From Marsupella aquatica (Eukaryota > Plantae > Marchantiophyta), in assembly GCA_973895155.1 (NCBI GenBank), contig OZ316893.1, positions 25,533,520 through 25,597,519 of the forward strand: a stretch of DNA of 64,000 nt, written 5' to 3'. The first letter of the stretch is position 1. Every line of letters begins with the position of its first letter. The translations under genes were made by a program, and so were the position numbers. The notes beneath the pieces are model-generated. The model was not told the origin of the DNA. It did not search any database and worked only from the letters and a program-made list of their open reading frames with translations. Shown in pieces: positions 24,241 through 36,401 of the stretch.

Positions 24241-25339
24241 AATGTACTAAACCCCCTGGCTATTTTAACATTTTGCATGGACTGTATGGAATGTCATATG
24301 GGCTTTATGGACATATGAATACCAAGGGAATGTTTGGACTCTTACCATGAATATAGTCTCCTCTTTTTGTCCTCTCATCTCCATTCAAACATATTTGCAA
24401 CTCTTAATTGCTCCAACATGTTGATTAACATCAAACTTACAAAACCAAGGGGTCCTCAACTAATTTTCTACTGAGTTAGTTGTTGAGTTATAGAAATTGT
24501 TATCTATGGTGATGTGAAGCTTATAACTAGTGTGGTGGAAAATAGTACACTACGGTGTGAGGCTGAGTTTGGCCCATGACAACTGCTCACAGGATACTAA
24601 AAAGGGGGGTTGTGGAACTGGGTATTTACTCCATAGAGTAACCAAATCTATTAACTTATGCAGATTCTCTAAGGTGGCAAGTCCCTTGTACTATGGAGAT
24701 ATATATGCTGCTAGTAGTCATCCCTCACACATATAACCTACACAGTTAAATCTTCCAGAATTTCAGGATGACCATCAGACCTAGCAACATGGGTCGTAAA
24801 GAAGGAAGATAAGTGTCTGGTAAATTTTGTCCAAAATTCTTTGTACTAGTAGCTCAAATCCTGGTTAAGAATTTGGGGGAAATTTCCCACTCAAATTATC
24901 TGAATTTGGTAAGGATGTTCTTTGCCCCTGATGAAAACTACTTGGAAAGTGAAATCCATCTACTATTTTCATCAATGCTTCAATGCCAAAAGCAGAAACT
25001 GGGGCCAGGGGACGAGCATGGAAGATGAGGTCATAGGTTTGTAAACCCCTAGTGTACCTTTCTCTTTGTATTCCTATGGATGGTTATGAGCCATAACCCA
25101 TGCTGGCCTGGCCTGGGCATTATGAGAATTTGGTCTCGCCTAGCTAGCTCACCTGGAGGGTTATTCAGTTTCAGGCACAATTTTCACATCAAAAATAGAG
25201 CAACACACTTGGTTGCACTTGGTAGTCCATGGCCACTTGCAGAATTACATCCTATAACTCCCTTGGGGCCATGGGTTACTCTACACAAGCCTACCTCCAA
25301 CCCCCTCTACTCAGGGAGGGAAGGGTAGGTAGGGTTGAG

Positions 25340-25490
25340 TGTGTAGTGTGGGGAGCGGAGTATTGGTTATTTCCTAGGCCCCTCATTGGCCACTTTGAGA
25401 CCCTAACCCTCTCTCCCTTCTGGTAGGGTCCCTTATTGGATTTCTGGGTATCCACCCTAGTAGGCTACCCTTCTCTGTTGGGTGCCCCGA
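25340..25490 (+). mobile_element. Third, diverged copy of the SINE-like element
   Basis: gtgtagtgtgggg...tattggttatt..., taaccctctctccctt.ctggt..gggtcc..., ggatttctgggtat..cac...ggctaccct align with 22515-22690. Confidence 0.45.
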
Positions 25491-26997
25491 AAATGATAGT
25501 CCACAAATGGAGGGCCTTTTAGGTTCAAATGTAAAAGGCCAAATATACTAGACATTCTTCTCAATTATGCTTCAATGCCAACAAGACAAAGAGACTAGTC
25601 CTTTCATACCCAGTTTAGAGAATACATTTTAGTTTATCAGTGATGCCTTTGCCTCAAGTACTTTGAAGCAAGCATTAGAGATTACCATTTCCTCTCATTG
25701 ATCCCTTGGGAACAACTGTTTGGTTTAATCCCTCAATGCCGAATAGCTTGCAAATTTGAAAGCCCACATGTGACTTCTTCGTGGGATTTGTGGAGACATC
25801 AGCGGGACCTGTGAACCCCCCTGCGAGCACTACCAATGGTGAGCACTACAAATGGTAAACTCTGCTCAGACAGCTCGCTTTCTCTGAAAGGCTGGCGACA
25901 TTACAGCTCAAGGGCTCTCAGGGTTTTCCAGTCAGTATTATTCTTCTGCAGAGTTCCCATCTTCGCTCGAAATTCTCTTTTGCAAGGAACGTAATTCTGT
26001 TCAAGGAGCGATGAGAAATTTCCGATCCATTCTCTTGGTTATGCAACTTCCAAGCTTAGCCTCGAAATTCGTGCAATAGTTTTGAGTAACCGTAAATTGA
26101 ACAAGTGCAGGTTACAACAATACCTTTGTAGTTTTCAATCGGAGGGTTTATCGCACATCACAATCCTGTCCTCTCTTCAGAACACCTTGTAGGACAGTGG
26201 GCATGTGATAGATAGGACGGATGTCACGTTTCTTTTAACCATTCGTTGTATATGGCCGAAATTGGTGAATGTACAAGTCAATGTATGGGAAGGAAAGACG
26301 TTCATTAACGACCAGACAGTCATTCATTAGCTTCAATCTACACAGGTTCCACCAGTGTTACTAATACACTGGTCTCAATGCCGACGTGGAAGGATATTAT
26401 CAATTCAGAATGAGAAATAATCCTGGAAGAGAAACAGTTGTACCAGACAGAGGAGACTCCTGATAAAGTCCGTTTTCACTAAACCCTGAGATAAGTAGAA
26501 TGAATTCGACATGAATAATGGGCCTGGTACAGACAGAATGTACACACCCTCTGATGGATATTGGGGTGACGATTTATCTCCAGAAGTACAGCCGCTTGCA
26601 TTCGTGTATCAAGGAAAACCATTTCGATCTCAAGCAACAAGCCGTACCAAGCAAATGAACTGACAGGAGATGAGAAAAAATGAAGAAACCGTGACGCAAT
26701 CTACAGTACCATACAGTCCAGGACCATTACCTCAAAGAGCTGTTACTAAAAGCAATTGAACAGGGTGGAAGGAATCCACACACATCCAGCTGTATCCACG
26801 TCCATTCTTACAAACCCAGTTGCGCACAGTTTCATAACGTTGAGACGCAGTCCCTCTCGTGCAGTTTTTATGTTACAGTCGCAATGATGAGGCTGGCCAA
26901 ATTTTCTTCGTCAGACCGTAGTTAAATTGCTTTAATGCTAGAAGAAGCATTGATAAAATAGCATGATAGGCTCAAATCATAGACTCACCAATTCTGG

Positions 26998-27160
26998 CCG
27001 AGTCTGATCCGCAAATGCTCCTCGCTGTCAGTTGGTGCTCTACCAAATTCACCAGTTACCCTAAACCCTAAACCCTGCGCCGAATCTGATCCACAAATGC
27101 TCCCGACTGTATGTTGGTCCTCTACAGAATTCACCAATTTCCCTAAACCCTAAACCCTGC
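26998..27160. repeat. 82-bp tandem duplication, each unit ending in (CCCTAAA)2CCCT telomere-type repeat
   Basis: ccga.tctgatcc.caaatgctcc...aattcacca.tt.ccctaaaccctaaaccctg x2, immediately 3' of the PurN stop. Confidence 0.85.
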
Positions 27161-27175
27161 CAAATCAAACAAAAT

Positions 27176-28204
27176 TTAGTAATACTCAGCCTCGTTCCAG
27201 GATTTCCTGATCAGAGGAACTCCATCATCCCGCCAAAAAATCCGATCCTCACAAAGAGCGGCCACAACTTCAGAGTACAAAAGATGCTCCACCGTAAGCA
27301 CTTTGGCTGCCAGATCCTGTGGCGTGTCATCAGTCAAAACCGGGACAATCCTCTGCGCTAAAATGGGGCCGGTGTCGAACTTCTCATCGACGAAATGGAT
27401 TGTGGCACCTGAAAACCGTGCCCCGGACTTGACGACCGCCTCATGGACCTTCATCCCATAATAACCCTTTCCCCCAAAGGAGGGGAGTAGGGACGGGTGA
27501 ATATTGAGAATAGATCGTGGATATGCTTGCACGAGCTCCGGAGGTAGCAGCTTCAAGTAGCCGGCCAGCAGAACATAATCTATACCCCGATCTCTCAGAG
27601 CAACAACTAGATCCTCGGCAGAAAGGCTGTCTTCTGCATGCTTCGAGCGCGGGTAGGTCAAGACCTGAAGGCCATGATCTCGAGCATAATCGCAGCCTTT
27701 GCAGCCAGGCTTGTCGGAAATCACCACAATGACATCTCCGTATATGGAGTTGTTCAGCGTGGCGGAGTGAAGCGCCTGAAAGTTGGAGCCTCCGCCTGAC
27801 AAGAACACGGCAAGCTTCGATCGGTTAAATCCGCTGTCCGCAGCTGGATCGCCACCAGACGGCGCCGCATTTGCTTTCCTCTCTCTCGCTTCCCGTTCTC
27901 TTTTTGCTCCTACTCTTCCTCCTGCCGTTGAACTTGACAATCTCTCGACCTGATTCGCAACTTTCCAACATCCCGTTCGCCCCCTGGAGCTCGATGACAG
28001 AGTTCCAGACGGAAACAAAAGCCGCCCATTGGAATTAAATCCGAAACTCGCACATCTGAACAGATCTCGAGCATGACAATTCCGTCTCAAACAAGAATTC
28101 TGCGCAGAGGAAGAGCCCTCCGGATCACAACGACCATTCTCGACAAAGCAAACCGGAGAACAAGCGGAGTGGGTTGCAAGTTGAAATCGTAGAATGCTTC
28201 CCAT
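27176..28204 (-). CDS. PUR3: Phosphoribosylglycinamide (GAR) formyltransferase with organellar transit peptide, 342 aa, intronless
   Basis: Motifs LAVFLSGGGSNFQAL, LLAGYLKL, ILNIHPSLLP.FGGKG.YG.KVH and SGATIHFVDE.FDTGPILAQ follow an N-terminal extension of ~125 aa. Homologue of bacterial purN. Confidence 0.96.
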   Translation of the reverse strand: MGSILRFQLATHSACSPVCFVENGRCDPEGSSSAQNSCLRRNCHARDLFRCASFGFNSNGRLLFPSGTLSSSSRGRTGCWKVANQVERLSSSTAGGRVGAKREREARERKANAAPSGGDPAADSGFNRSKLAVFLSGGGSNFQALHSATLNNSIYGDVIVVISDKPGCKGCDYARDHGLQVLTYPRSKHAEDSLSAEDLVVALRDRGIDYVLLAGYLKLLPPELVQAYPRSILNIHPSLLPSFGGKGYYGMKVHEAVVKSGARFSGATIHFVDEKFDTGPILAQRIVPVLTDDTPQDLAAKVLTVEHLLYSEVVAALCEDRIFWRDDGVPLIRKSWNEAEYY

Positions 28205-28737
28205 TGGAAACTATCTCCCCGTTTCCGTCACCCAGCAATCCAAAACTCATGGACCTGAGAGGTGTGACATCAGAGTCACCAGGAAATCGAGAGGATGAAA
28301 AACACGGTGACCATTGTGATTACAGCTCTAAATGAGGAACCGTAAAATCTGCCAAGAAGCTGTTGTTTCACTCAGCAAACAACTCAGAAAACAGAGGATG
28401 AAGTGATTCTCGTCAGCTCCTTGGGTGTGCCTTGCGATGCTCTCCTGTGCCTCACAGGTCCGCCTGTATACTTGCATTTGCATTGCCAAATGCTTTTCTC
28501 AGCATTCTCGTCCTCAGCATTCTCTTCCTTTTGTGTCACTGTATAAAAGTTTGCTCATCACCCGACTAAAGAGATTCTCCTTAGAACGAACAAAGCTCGA
28601 GGAATGCTCTCCCCGAGAGATGACCAAATTGAACTTGTCAACTAGAAGGTGGGTTCCTTAGTGCTCGATCTCATTTATTTAACAAGCTTTTTACCAGGTT
28701 AACCCCAAAGTGAGCGTTATTACACCTGACCCCAACA

Positions 28738-28926
28738 CTATTTGTTTTGCTTTACTTCCCCCCAAATACTATATGAGTCTAAGTAACCCGTATTCTTGCC
28801 CTATTTGTTTTACTTTACTTCCCCCCAAATACTATGTGAGTCTAAGTAACCCGTACTCTTGCACTATTTGTTTTAAGTTACTTCCCCCCAAATACTATAT
28901 GAGTCTAAGTAACCTGTACTCTTGCC
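28738..28926. repeat. ~63-bp tandem repeat x3
   Basis: ctatttgtttt...ttacttccccccaaatactat.tgagtctaagtaacc.gta.tcttgc x3. Confidence 0.92.
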
Positions 28927-29399
28927 CACGAGAGTGCCTGAGTGATTGGTCTGAAACCTGAAGCCCCAATGATGAACTGAGGTCCGAGCGACTTGAGTGT
29001 CCCCAGTACAGCAGCATGTCGAGTTCTTGACATTTTTTGAAAGAAAGACGAGCTAGCAGGATGCCCTGTGCTTGGGAGGAATTGGGTGGGTGTTCGCAGG
29101 AAGAGCAGGCCAACTGCACTTAAATCAAACCAAAAGGTCAAAAGACTCAAAGAGTTGGAGCTGAATAATGCACCAGAAAGACCACCAACATACTGATTGA
29201 TGAACTCAATTACAATGAAGAACTAAAGGAGTAAGTGGAAAAGTTAATAAAAAAAGTATTTAGCCAGTGTTACTGGGTCACCTACTTAGGTTCAAACCCT
29301 AAGCAACTTTGGTGTGCCTCCAACCAGGGTATCAAGGGTACCCCTACTTACATGATGGTGCCCGCTGGAAAATTAAAAATAAACTGAGTACATTTTGTT

Positions 29400-30520
29400 T
29401 GCCTCAAAAGATATTATCTAAATAAATTAAACTCAAACATGGATTGGCTGCAAGCCAAGGACAATACCCAGCAGGTGTCCCAATAGGGTCCACCAAAGAA
29501 ACAACAACAGCACACAACAAAGACCTCTAGAGCCCAAAAGTAGCTACAACCCCTACTGGACACTCAATCAGAACATGATAAACTCAACTATGACAAACAA
29601 CCTAAAGAAGAGGACCAAAGCACACTTCTAGCATGGTTGTCTACTGAAAATACTGGTACTTCTCACAGGACAGTCTCCTCTTGTGAGACTCAGAGCCAAC
29701 TTGCATGTGAAGGTCCTCAACAGCATCCCGTCAGCATTTGCAAAATGTTAGGGGAAAAACAGATCTCATTATCTGCTGCCTGCCGCACGGCAAAGCTTGC
29801 AAATGGCAGAGTTTCACGACATGTGTCTTGTTTGGGATTTTGTTTTATGTTTAGAGTTTGCGGTCCAGAACTCAAGGGTCGGAAGTTGTACCTTCGAAGT
29901 TTCTAGGCCTGGCACGCAAGGGGGTTAATGCATTGTTCTCTCCCTCACTTATATTCTACCGTGAGTCAGTTTGAGGACCGGAAAATGCAGGGCCACTCAC
30001 ATGCGAGTTGGCTCTAAGTGAGCCTAGGAGGGGCTTGCGACATCTCCAATTTGAAACCCGGAAACGTAAACACCATTGATTTCTGTCATCTCCAAAAGGG
30101 TGGTACATTTGCCTCTTAGTGTCAGTGAGAATAATGATGTCAGGCCTGGGCCTCATGCATCTTCTCCCTACCTCGGTGATGTAAATCTGCAGTTGGTGCC
30201 ACAAATTAGCAATAATAATTGCATAGGACGTTGGTGGTGTTTGCATGGAGCACTAGGCATCTTTGAAATCTACCAAATAGTAGGAGCATGAGTGAAGTCG
30301 TACCATTTCCCACCAGTTTCTGGATATCAGAGAATGGTTGGGAAGAGGATCCCAGAAGAGTATGTTATAGAACCTTTATTAATTGATGAGTCTGTAGTGG
30401 CCTTGAATGGGGATCAATTTTATGAAGTGTTAGGTGAAGTACTCGCAAGATGGCATTGTTGTGAAGCAGGCCTCTGACCAAAGAGGGATTGGTCACAATA
30501 TAGCATGTTCCAAGCCATGC
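29400..30520 (-). mobile_element. Degenerate LINE 3' remnant (ORF2 C-terminus plus T/G-rich 3' UTR)
   Basis: The minus strand gives a stop-interrupted frame ...NILFWDPL...RNWWEMVR...IIANLWHQLQIYI resembling plant L1 ORF2 C-termini. No RT core is visible. Confidence 0.35.
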
Positions 30521-30969
30521 TTCATTTTTTTGTTTTTGAGTGATTTAGGGTTTAGGGCATCTCAAAGCTTCAAAGTTATGGGTGATGGCTTTTGGCCATA
30601 ACTTTCTCACAGGGTTGTGTAAAAAGAATTGAAAAATTATGGTCATTGCATATGACCAATCTTCGTGACCTAAAGTCCATAACTTTTTCTCTCTCTAACC
30701 TTAACTACTACCTGTAGTTTAGTCCATAACTTTTTCTGTTTGTAACTTTAACTACTAGTTTAGGTCCATCAAGTAATCTTAGCTACTAGTTTACCGTCCA
30801 TCAAATTTGAAACGTTGAGACCCCTGCTGAACTAAGCTTATAAATAGCTTAAACATCAAATGCATTTCAGATTAACAACAATAAAGTGGTAGCCTGTCCT
30901 AATGAACTGAACTTATTGATACCTTAAACATCAAATGTGCACAATAAGGTGGTATCCTCTTCGTGAGGA

Positions 30970-31900
30970 ATTGCAGGTCCAATGTTCAAATCTCAATGCT
31001 CGTCGCCTCAGGAATTTTGTCATTTGGGCAGCCCCGAGCAGGTCTAAGCTGGTTAAGTTAATTTGGGCAGCCTGGGCGTGTAAATTAGGCTAGGCACGGA
31101 AGTGCCCTTACTCGTGTGCGACATTTGACGAAGGTCCAAGCTTGGAGCTCTCGTGACTCCTCACTCTCAATGTTTCTCTTCGCTAACATCCCAAGAGCCC
31201 AAGAATTGGTGTAGTATACAGCTTGATGCTCCGGGTGGTCCATCCTTTCCCCAGGTAATCCACCTGCTTCTCCAAATGTACTGTCTCTCGAGATCCAAAT
31301 AGCCAGCTTGGTGCTGGTCCATCCTTTCCACAGTGTCTCTAGAGAATGCCACCGACAGTTCAATTTTTCAGGAAGCCTAACCTGAGCTTAGATGTGTTGT
31401 GTGTCTAGAGAACGCCACCGAGGGTTCAATTTTTCAGTAGGTGTACTGTGCTGCTGCGCCATCAAAGCCCAAGTAAGTAGAAAGCGACCACCCTTTCCTG
31501 TCACCTTTAGGGCGCTTCACAGCCCAGCGATCACAATTGACGAACATTCATTCCCTGAGTAGTATTCCTGGACGACTGAGAAAGATCGAGCCGACAGGAC
31601 AGAATCTCGCTTCTACACTTCTAGATGAGCAAGTGGTCCCACGTATCTGCTCATTAGTCTTACACATTTGAGCAGACAGACGGAGATCAGGCACGGTGCC
31701 AATCCTTCTAGTAGATAACAAACTTTTGAACTCCCTCAATTCTGTGTCATTGACTTGCAACTGCTTACTCAATAGACGTGGCAATTGATCAGCGGTGAGG
31801 TAGATGTGAATTTTCCCGAGTCCCGGGTCAAACTCAAGATTACAATGCGCTGTTTGCCGTCTCTAATCAGCCAATTGAGCGTAGGAGACAAAGAAATCTC
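30970..31900 (-). pseudogene. Decayed leucine-rich-repeat (NLR-type LRR) gene fragment
   Basis: Frameshift-spanning LRR-like peptides: LPEKL...WHSLETL (duplicated at 31334-31371 and 31402-31437), TKL/YLDLE, LQ./LDLR./C...VRALP and NLTSLDL. Confidence 0.4.
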
Positions 31901-32533
31901 CAAGCTAGGAGAGAAAATGAGTGCACACTGGGATCCCAAAGCTTTCTTTCCTTCTTGAAGGCCCCTTTCTAGATGTCAATAATAATCAGAGCTCTGGCCA
32001 TGCGCATTATCGTATCCGGTCAGAAGTTTAGTCATTTCTAGGATGAAGTCAAAAACAAGATGCAACCCTGTATAGGACTACCTCCAATGGACACCTGCAA
32101 AAATTGATATGCTCCATAAATTCAATCTGTCATGTTCCTAACTGGCCATGGGCCCAGGATGCTCCACCCTGTTCAATATTCATTTCAATCCTCAAACACC
32201 TTATAAAACAAGAGTTCAAATGGGATCTCCATCCAAATCTTTGAACTAGAAAGTGATCCCAAAATACTCTTTGCATGAAAGTCAAGCATTTTACTCTAGA
32301 TAGTTGTCACCCTTATTACTACGCACGTGAGCAGATCCCATGCAAGCTAAAGATTCCTATCCGAGAAAACGTTTGGAATGCAGATCCTATCCGGACAAGA
32401 AGAACCTGTCACTAAACAGAGAATCAATGATATCACTCAATGTGGGGTCCAGGAATCGACAGACGGAAGTCATCGCAGGAGGTACCATTGTGCAATGGTG
32501 AGCCCCGGTTTTCTTGTAATTATATTTTACTCA

Positions 32534-33982
32534 TTACAATGGTCCACTACTTTTAGGACTCTCAGGTGGAACCACCCTAGCTCTATATAGACAAATGTAG
32601 GCCATGTGCCAATCACCTCCACCAGAAAGCTTGGTAATCTCTTCTTCCCTTTGAGGAATGGGATTGTCATCATCAAACTCGATCCACTTGCCACTTTCCT
32701 GTTTCACCCAAGCTACGTAGTGCCCAGAGTCGGCGCTTCGCCCCTTGTGTGTCAACACGGATACCAAATCGTAAATCCCGGTCAGCTGTGGCTCCCCTGC
32801 CTCAACTGCTGGTACAGCAGCACCCTCGGACGATGACGGGACGCCGGTCAGGTCTTGCAATCCTTCCTTCTCCTTAGAGTCCTTGAGGCCAGCTTTTACG
32901 TCTTCCATTTCCTGTAAGCGTTTTCGAGGAGATTTGAGCTTCTCCTTCAGCTCATCAGTGCAGAATTCCAGCACGTCCAACACAAGAGGGTAGTCCACCT
33001 TCCTCAAGATCTTCGCCTTCCCAGATTCTCGCTTCCAAAAAAATCGAACAAATTGTACCGTCAAGTACAATGGCAATCGGCTAATCAGAGATTCCTTTAC
33101 AAACAATGCAGAGCGACCCAGAACCGGAGACGTTTTCTCAATTTCAGATACCAGACCCGCCTTCAATCCCTCCACCAGATGATTGACTCCTTGGGAAATG
33201 TGGCATTTCAGGGTGTAAACAGTCTCTCCATCGGAACTTTGCTCCCCGGATTCAGCACACTTCTTGACACTCTGGAAGTCAATTCCGAATAGATACTTAA
33301 CGGTGGCCACGGCTGGACTGTGCTCATCTGCTTGAGACCGGAGCCCCTTCGACAGATTGTACACCAACTGCGTCCAGCATTCCTCTGCGTCCTGTTGCAT
33401 ATACATTCCGGTTCTGTCTTGCTGAGAGAATTGGGGAAACTTGTTTCTCAGCACTTGCAGGAAACCAATTGGAGCTACCGGATACGAACTCCGATCCAAT
33501 TCTTCAAAAATATCTCTAGTGGCAAGAGTGAGCCTGTGCGCCGATACGTCCGTCTCGGCACTATTCGCGGTGCTGTACTTCTGTAGTGCACCTTTCAACT
33601 CCGGCACAGAATGCAGACACTGCAATGTAGAATTCAAGTAGCAGGTGTTGCCCAGATTTCTCAACCCCGCAGTGTATCCCGCTTGCAAAGAGCCCTGCAT
33701 GTCCTCAGGAAGATCTTCCAGAAACACTGTCTTCTCCTTGGGGGGCTCCGGCAGTACCTCTGCCGTGCCCATCATCATCAGCCTCTGCCCGTCCTTTACG
33801 CCGATCTTCGCCCAATCCCCGTCATCCTTCAGCAGGCCTCCCTTGACCATAATCTTCTGTCGCTCAGGGGGAACTCCGGTGAGGTCGAATAGCTGGCATT
33901 TGAACACCAACGGGGGTTGGTCGGTGTCGATGTCCACAGCCGGGAAGAGCTCTTTCTGCCATTTGACGCTCACGGTCGGCAT
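32534..33982 (-). CDS. UBP6: Proteasome-associated ubiquitin C-terminal hydrolase UBP6/7 (USP14 orthologue), 482 aa, intronless
   Basis: N-terminal UBL domain (MPTVSVKWQKE...TGVPPERQKIMVKGG), Cys box GLRNLGNTCYLNSTLQCL, QQDAEEC, His box LTHKGRSADSGHYVAWV, and GGGDWHMAY. First ATG at 33982; the ORF-track start at 34021 is TTG. Confidence 0.97.
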   Translation of the reverse strand: MPTVSVKWQKELFPAVDIDTDQPPLVFKCQLFDLTGVPPERQKIMVKGGLLKDDGDWAKIGVKDGQRLMMMGTAEVLPEPPKEKTVFLEDLPEDMQGSLQAGYTAGLRNLGNTCYLNSTLQCLHSVPELKGALQKYSTANSAETDVSAHRLTLATRDIFEELDRSSYPVAPIGFLQVLRNKFPQFSQQDRTGMYMQQDAEECWTQLVYNLSKGLRSQADEHSPAVATVKYLFGIDFQSVKKCAESGEQSSDGETVYTLKCHISQGVNHLVEGLKAGLVSEIEKTSPVLGRSALFVKESLISRLPLYLTVQFVRFFWKRESGKAKILRKVDYPLVLDVLEFCTDELKEKLKSPRKRLQEMEDVKAGLKDSKEKEGLQDLTGVPSSSEGAAVPAVEAGEPQLTGIYDLVSVLTHKGRSADSGHYVAWVKQESGKWIEFDDDNPIPQREEEITKLSGGGDWHMAYICLYRARVVPPESPKSSGPL

Positions 33983-34119
33983 ACTGCCCTTCCTCTTCCT
34001 CCCGCCTTCAATCGTTGCCAAAGTGGTCGTCGTCTTGTCGCCCCCGATTTACCCGAAGCCACGCCAGGCCTCCTCTCCTCCTCGCTCGTTTCTTCTCCGG
34101 ATGGTTAACCTCCTTCCCA

Positions 34120-34226
34120 AAACCCTAATCGACCCTCTCTCAAAACCTAGCCCGTTCAACAATCTCGCCCAAAACAAAAGCCAAAACACCTCGAGAACCG
34201 AAGCAACCGAAAGAGAGGTTTAGGGC
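34120..34226. promoter_or_regulatory. Telo-box motifs (AAACCCTA / TTTAGGG) in the UBP6 5' region
   Basis: AAACCCTAA at 34120-34128 and GTTTAGGG at 34218-34225. Telo-boxes are common near the TSS of plant housekeeping genes. Confidence 0.4.
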
Positions 34227-34859
34227 TACAGTCGCATTTCCGTTCCGTATCTCTCTCTCTTTCTCTCCCTCGATTTGCAAAAATGGAAAATTATGCAAGA
34301 GGAGTCAATCAGCCACTTTCGCACACAAACATCCAGCAAGAACCCTAGACTTATTGCGTTTGAAAACTCATTCACAACGAGGCAATCAGCCACTTCCTGA
34401 CGCAAACCTCCAGCCCGCAACCCAGCCTAATGTATTACATATACGTCTTCCCTCAGAACGCAGCTGCTCCAAATTCCAACCTCCCTCGTCGCTACTACAC
34501 ACAAGTAACTAGACCACATCCAGCGATGAAGGGCTCCTTCGATTCCCGTTGTGCGCCACCACCAGAGACAGCAGCAGCACCACGGAGGGACAGAGCTCGC
34601 TGAATTTCGGGATGTGCTCTCTCTCTCTCTCTCTCCGGCTCCGAGGCTACGGCATGAGTTGTTGTGCGTGTCGGTGTGTACCCCACACTTTGTCAAATGT
34701 TACGTAACGAAGGGACTACGACTGAAATCCTTTCCAAAAACATGCGTTGCTTGCTGTCTATGTACTCCTCTACTCCTCTGCTGCTCTGCCTCTCGTCGCC
34801 TCTTTTGCCGAGCCTGAATTGTACTAGAGACGTGAGTTGTACTTGACGCCCTTGGCAAT

Positions 34860-36210
34860 CGTGATTTTTCTCGTTGGGTGACTTTGGGTGCTTTTATGTT
34901 GAAGAATGCAGAGTCGTGAGTTTTCATTTTGAACTTTTAGGGGCTTTTATGTTGAAGAATGCAGAGTCGTGATTTTTCATTTTGAACTTTTAGGGGCTTT
35001 TATGGAGAAGAACGCAGGGTCGTGATTTTTCACTTCTGAATCTTTGGGGCTTTCATGAAGAATGCAGAGTCGTGATTTTTTGTTTCGAATTTTTAGGGGC
35101 TTTTATGGAGAAGAATGCAGAGTCGTGAGACTTGACTTCTAATTTTTAGGAGCTTTTATTGAAAAAGAATGCAGGTTCGTGATTTTTCACTTTGAAATTT
35201 TTGGGGCTTTCATGAAGAATGCACTCGTGATTTTTCATTTCTAATTTTTAGGGGCTTTTACGCAGAAGATGCAGAGTCGTGATATTTGACTTCGAGTTTT
35301 TAGGGGCTTTTATGGAGAAGAATGCCGGGTCGTGATTTTTCACTTCTAAATTTTTGGGGCTTTCATGAAGAATGCAGAGTCGTGATTTTCCATTTTGAAC
35401 TTTTAGGGGCTTTTATGGAGAAGAATGCAGAGTCGTGATACTTGACTTCGAATTTTTTGGGGCTTTTATGGAGAAGAATGCAGGGTCATGATTTTTCACT
35501 TCGAATTTTAGGGGCTTTTATGGAGAAGAATGTAGAGTCTTGATTTTTTTGTTTCTAATTTTGAGGGGCTTTTATGCAGAAGAATGCACAGTCGTGATAT
35601 TTGACTTCTAATTTTTAGGGGCTTTCATGGAGAAGAATGCAGGGTAGTGATTTTTCACTTCTAAATTTTTGGGGCTTTCATGAAGAATGCAGAGTAGTGA
35701 TTTTTCATTTCAAATTTTTAGGAGCTTTAATGGAGAAGAATGCAGAGTCGTGATACTTGACTTCAAAGTTTTAGATGCTTTTATTGAAAACAATGCAGGT
35801 TCGTGATTTTTCACTTTGAAATTTTTGGGGCTTTCATGAAGAATGCAGACTCGTGATTTTTCATTTCTAATTTTTAGGGGCTTTATGCAGAAGAATGCAG
35901 AGTCGTGATATTTGACTTTGAATTGCTAGGGGCTTTTATGGAGAAGAATGCAGGCTCGTGATTTTTCACTTCTAAATTTTTGGGGCTTTCATGAAGAATG
36001 CCGAGTAGTGATTTTTCATTTCAAATCTTGAGTGGCTTTAATGGAGAAGAATGCAAACTATGTTTAGCTTAGAATTTTTAGGGGCTTTTATGAAGAAGAA
36101 TGCAGGGTCATGGTTTTCACAAGTTTAGGGGTTTTCATGAAAAGAATGCAGAGTGGTGATATTTCTTGTTGTGACTTTGGGTGCTTTTATGATGAAGAAT
36201 GCAAAGCCTT
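34860..36210. repeat. Satellite/minisatellite: ~25 units of ~52 bp organised as ~156-bp trimers
   Basis: The unit aagaatgcagagtcgtgatttttcattt..aatttttaggggcttttatggag has three alternating variants. The variant-C unit recurs at ~35008, 35164, 35318, 35474, 35633, 35789, 35944 and 36096. Confidence 0.95.
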
Positions 36211-36263
36211 GATTACAAACCCCCATGGAAAGTTACTTTCAAAATTCCTCGATACACGTGTGG

Positions 36264-36401
36264 CCACATGAGTACTATTTGTCACAAACAATAACACTTA
36301 GTTGTGCATCCACATGAGTATGATTTGTCACAAACAAGAACACTTAGTTGTGCAGCCACATGAGTATGATTTGTCACAAACAAGAACACTTAATTATGCA
36401 A
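36264..36401. repeat. 46-bp tandem repeat x3
   Basis: ccacatgagta..atttgtcacaaacaa.aacactta.tt.tgca x3. Confidence 0.9.

Noticed and set aside
34860-36210. CRISPR array
   Set aside because: The inter-motif sequences are variants of one another, so this is a tandem satellite without unique spacers.
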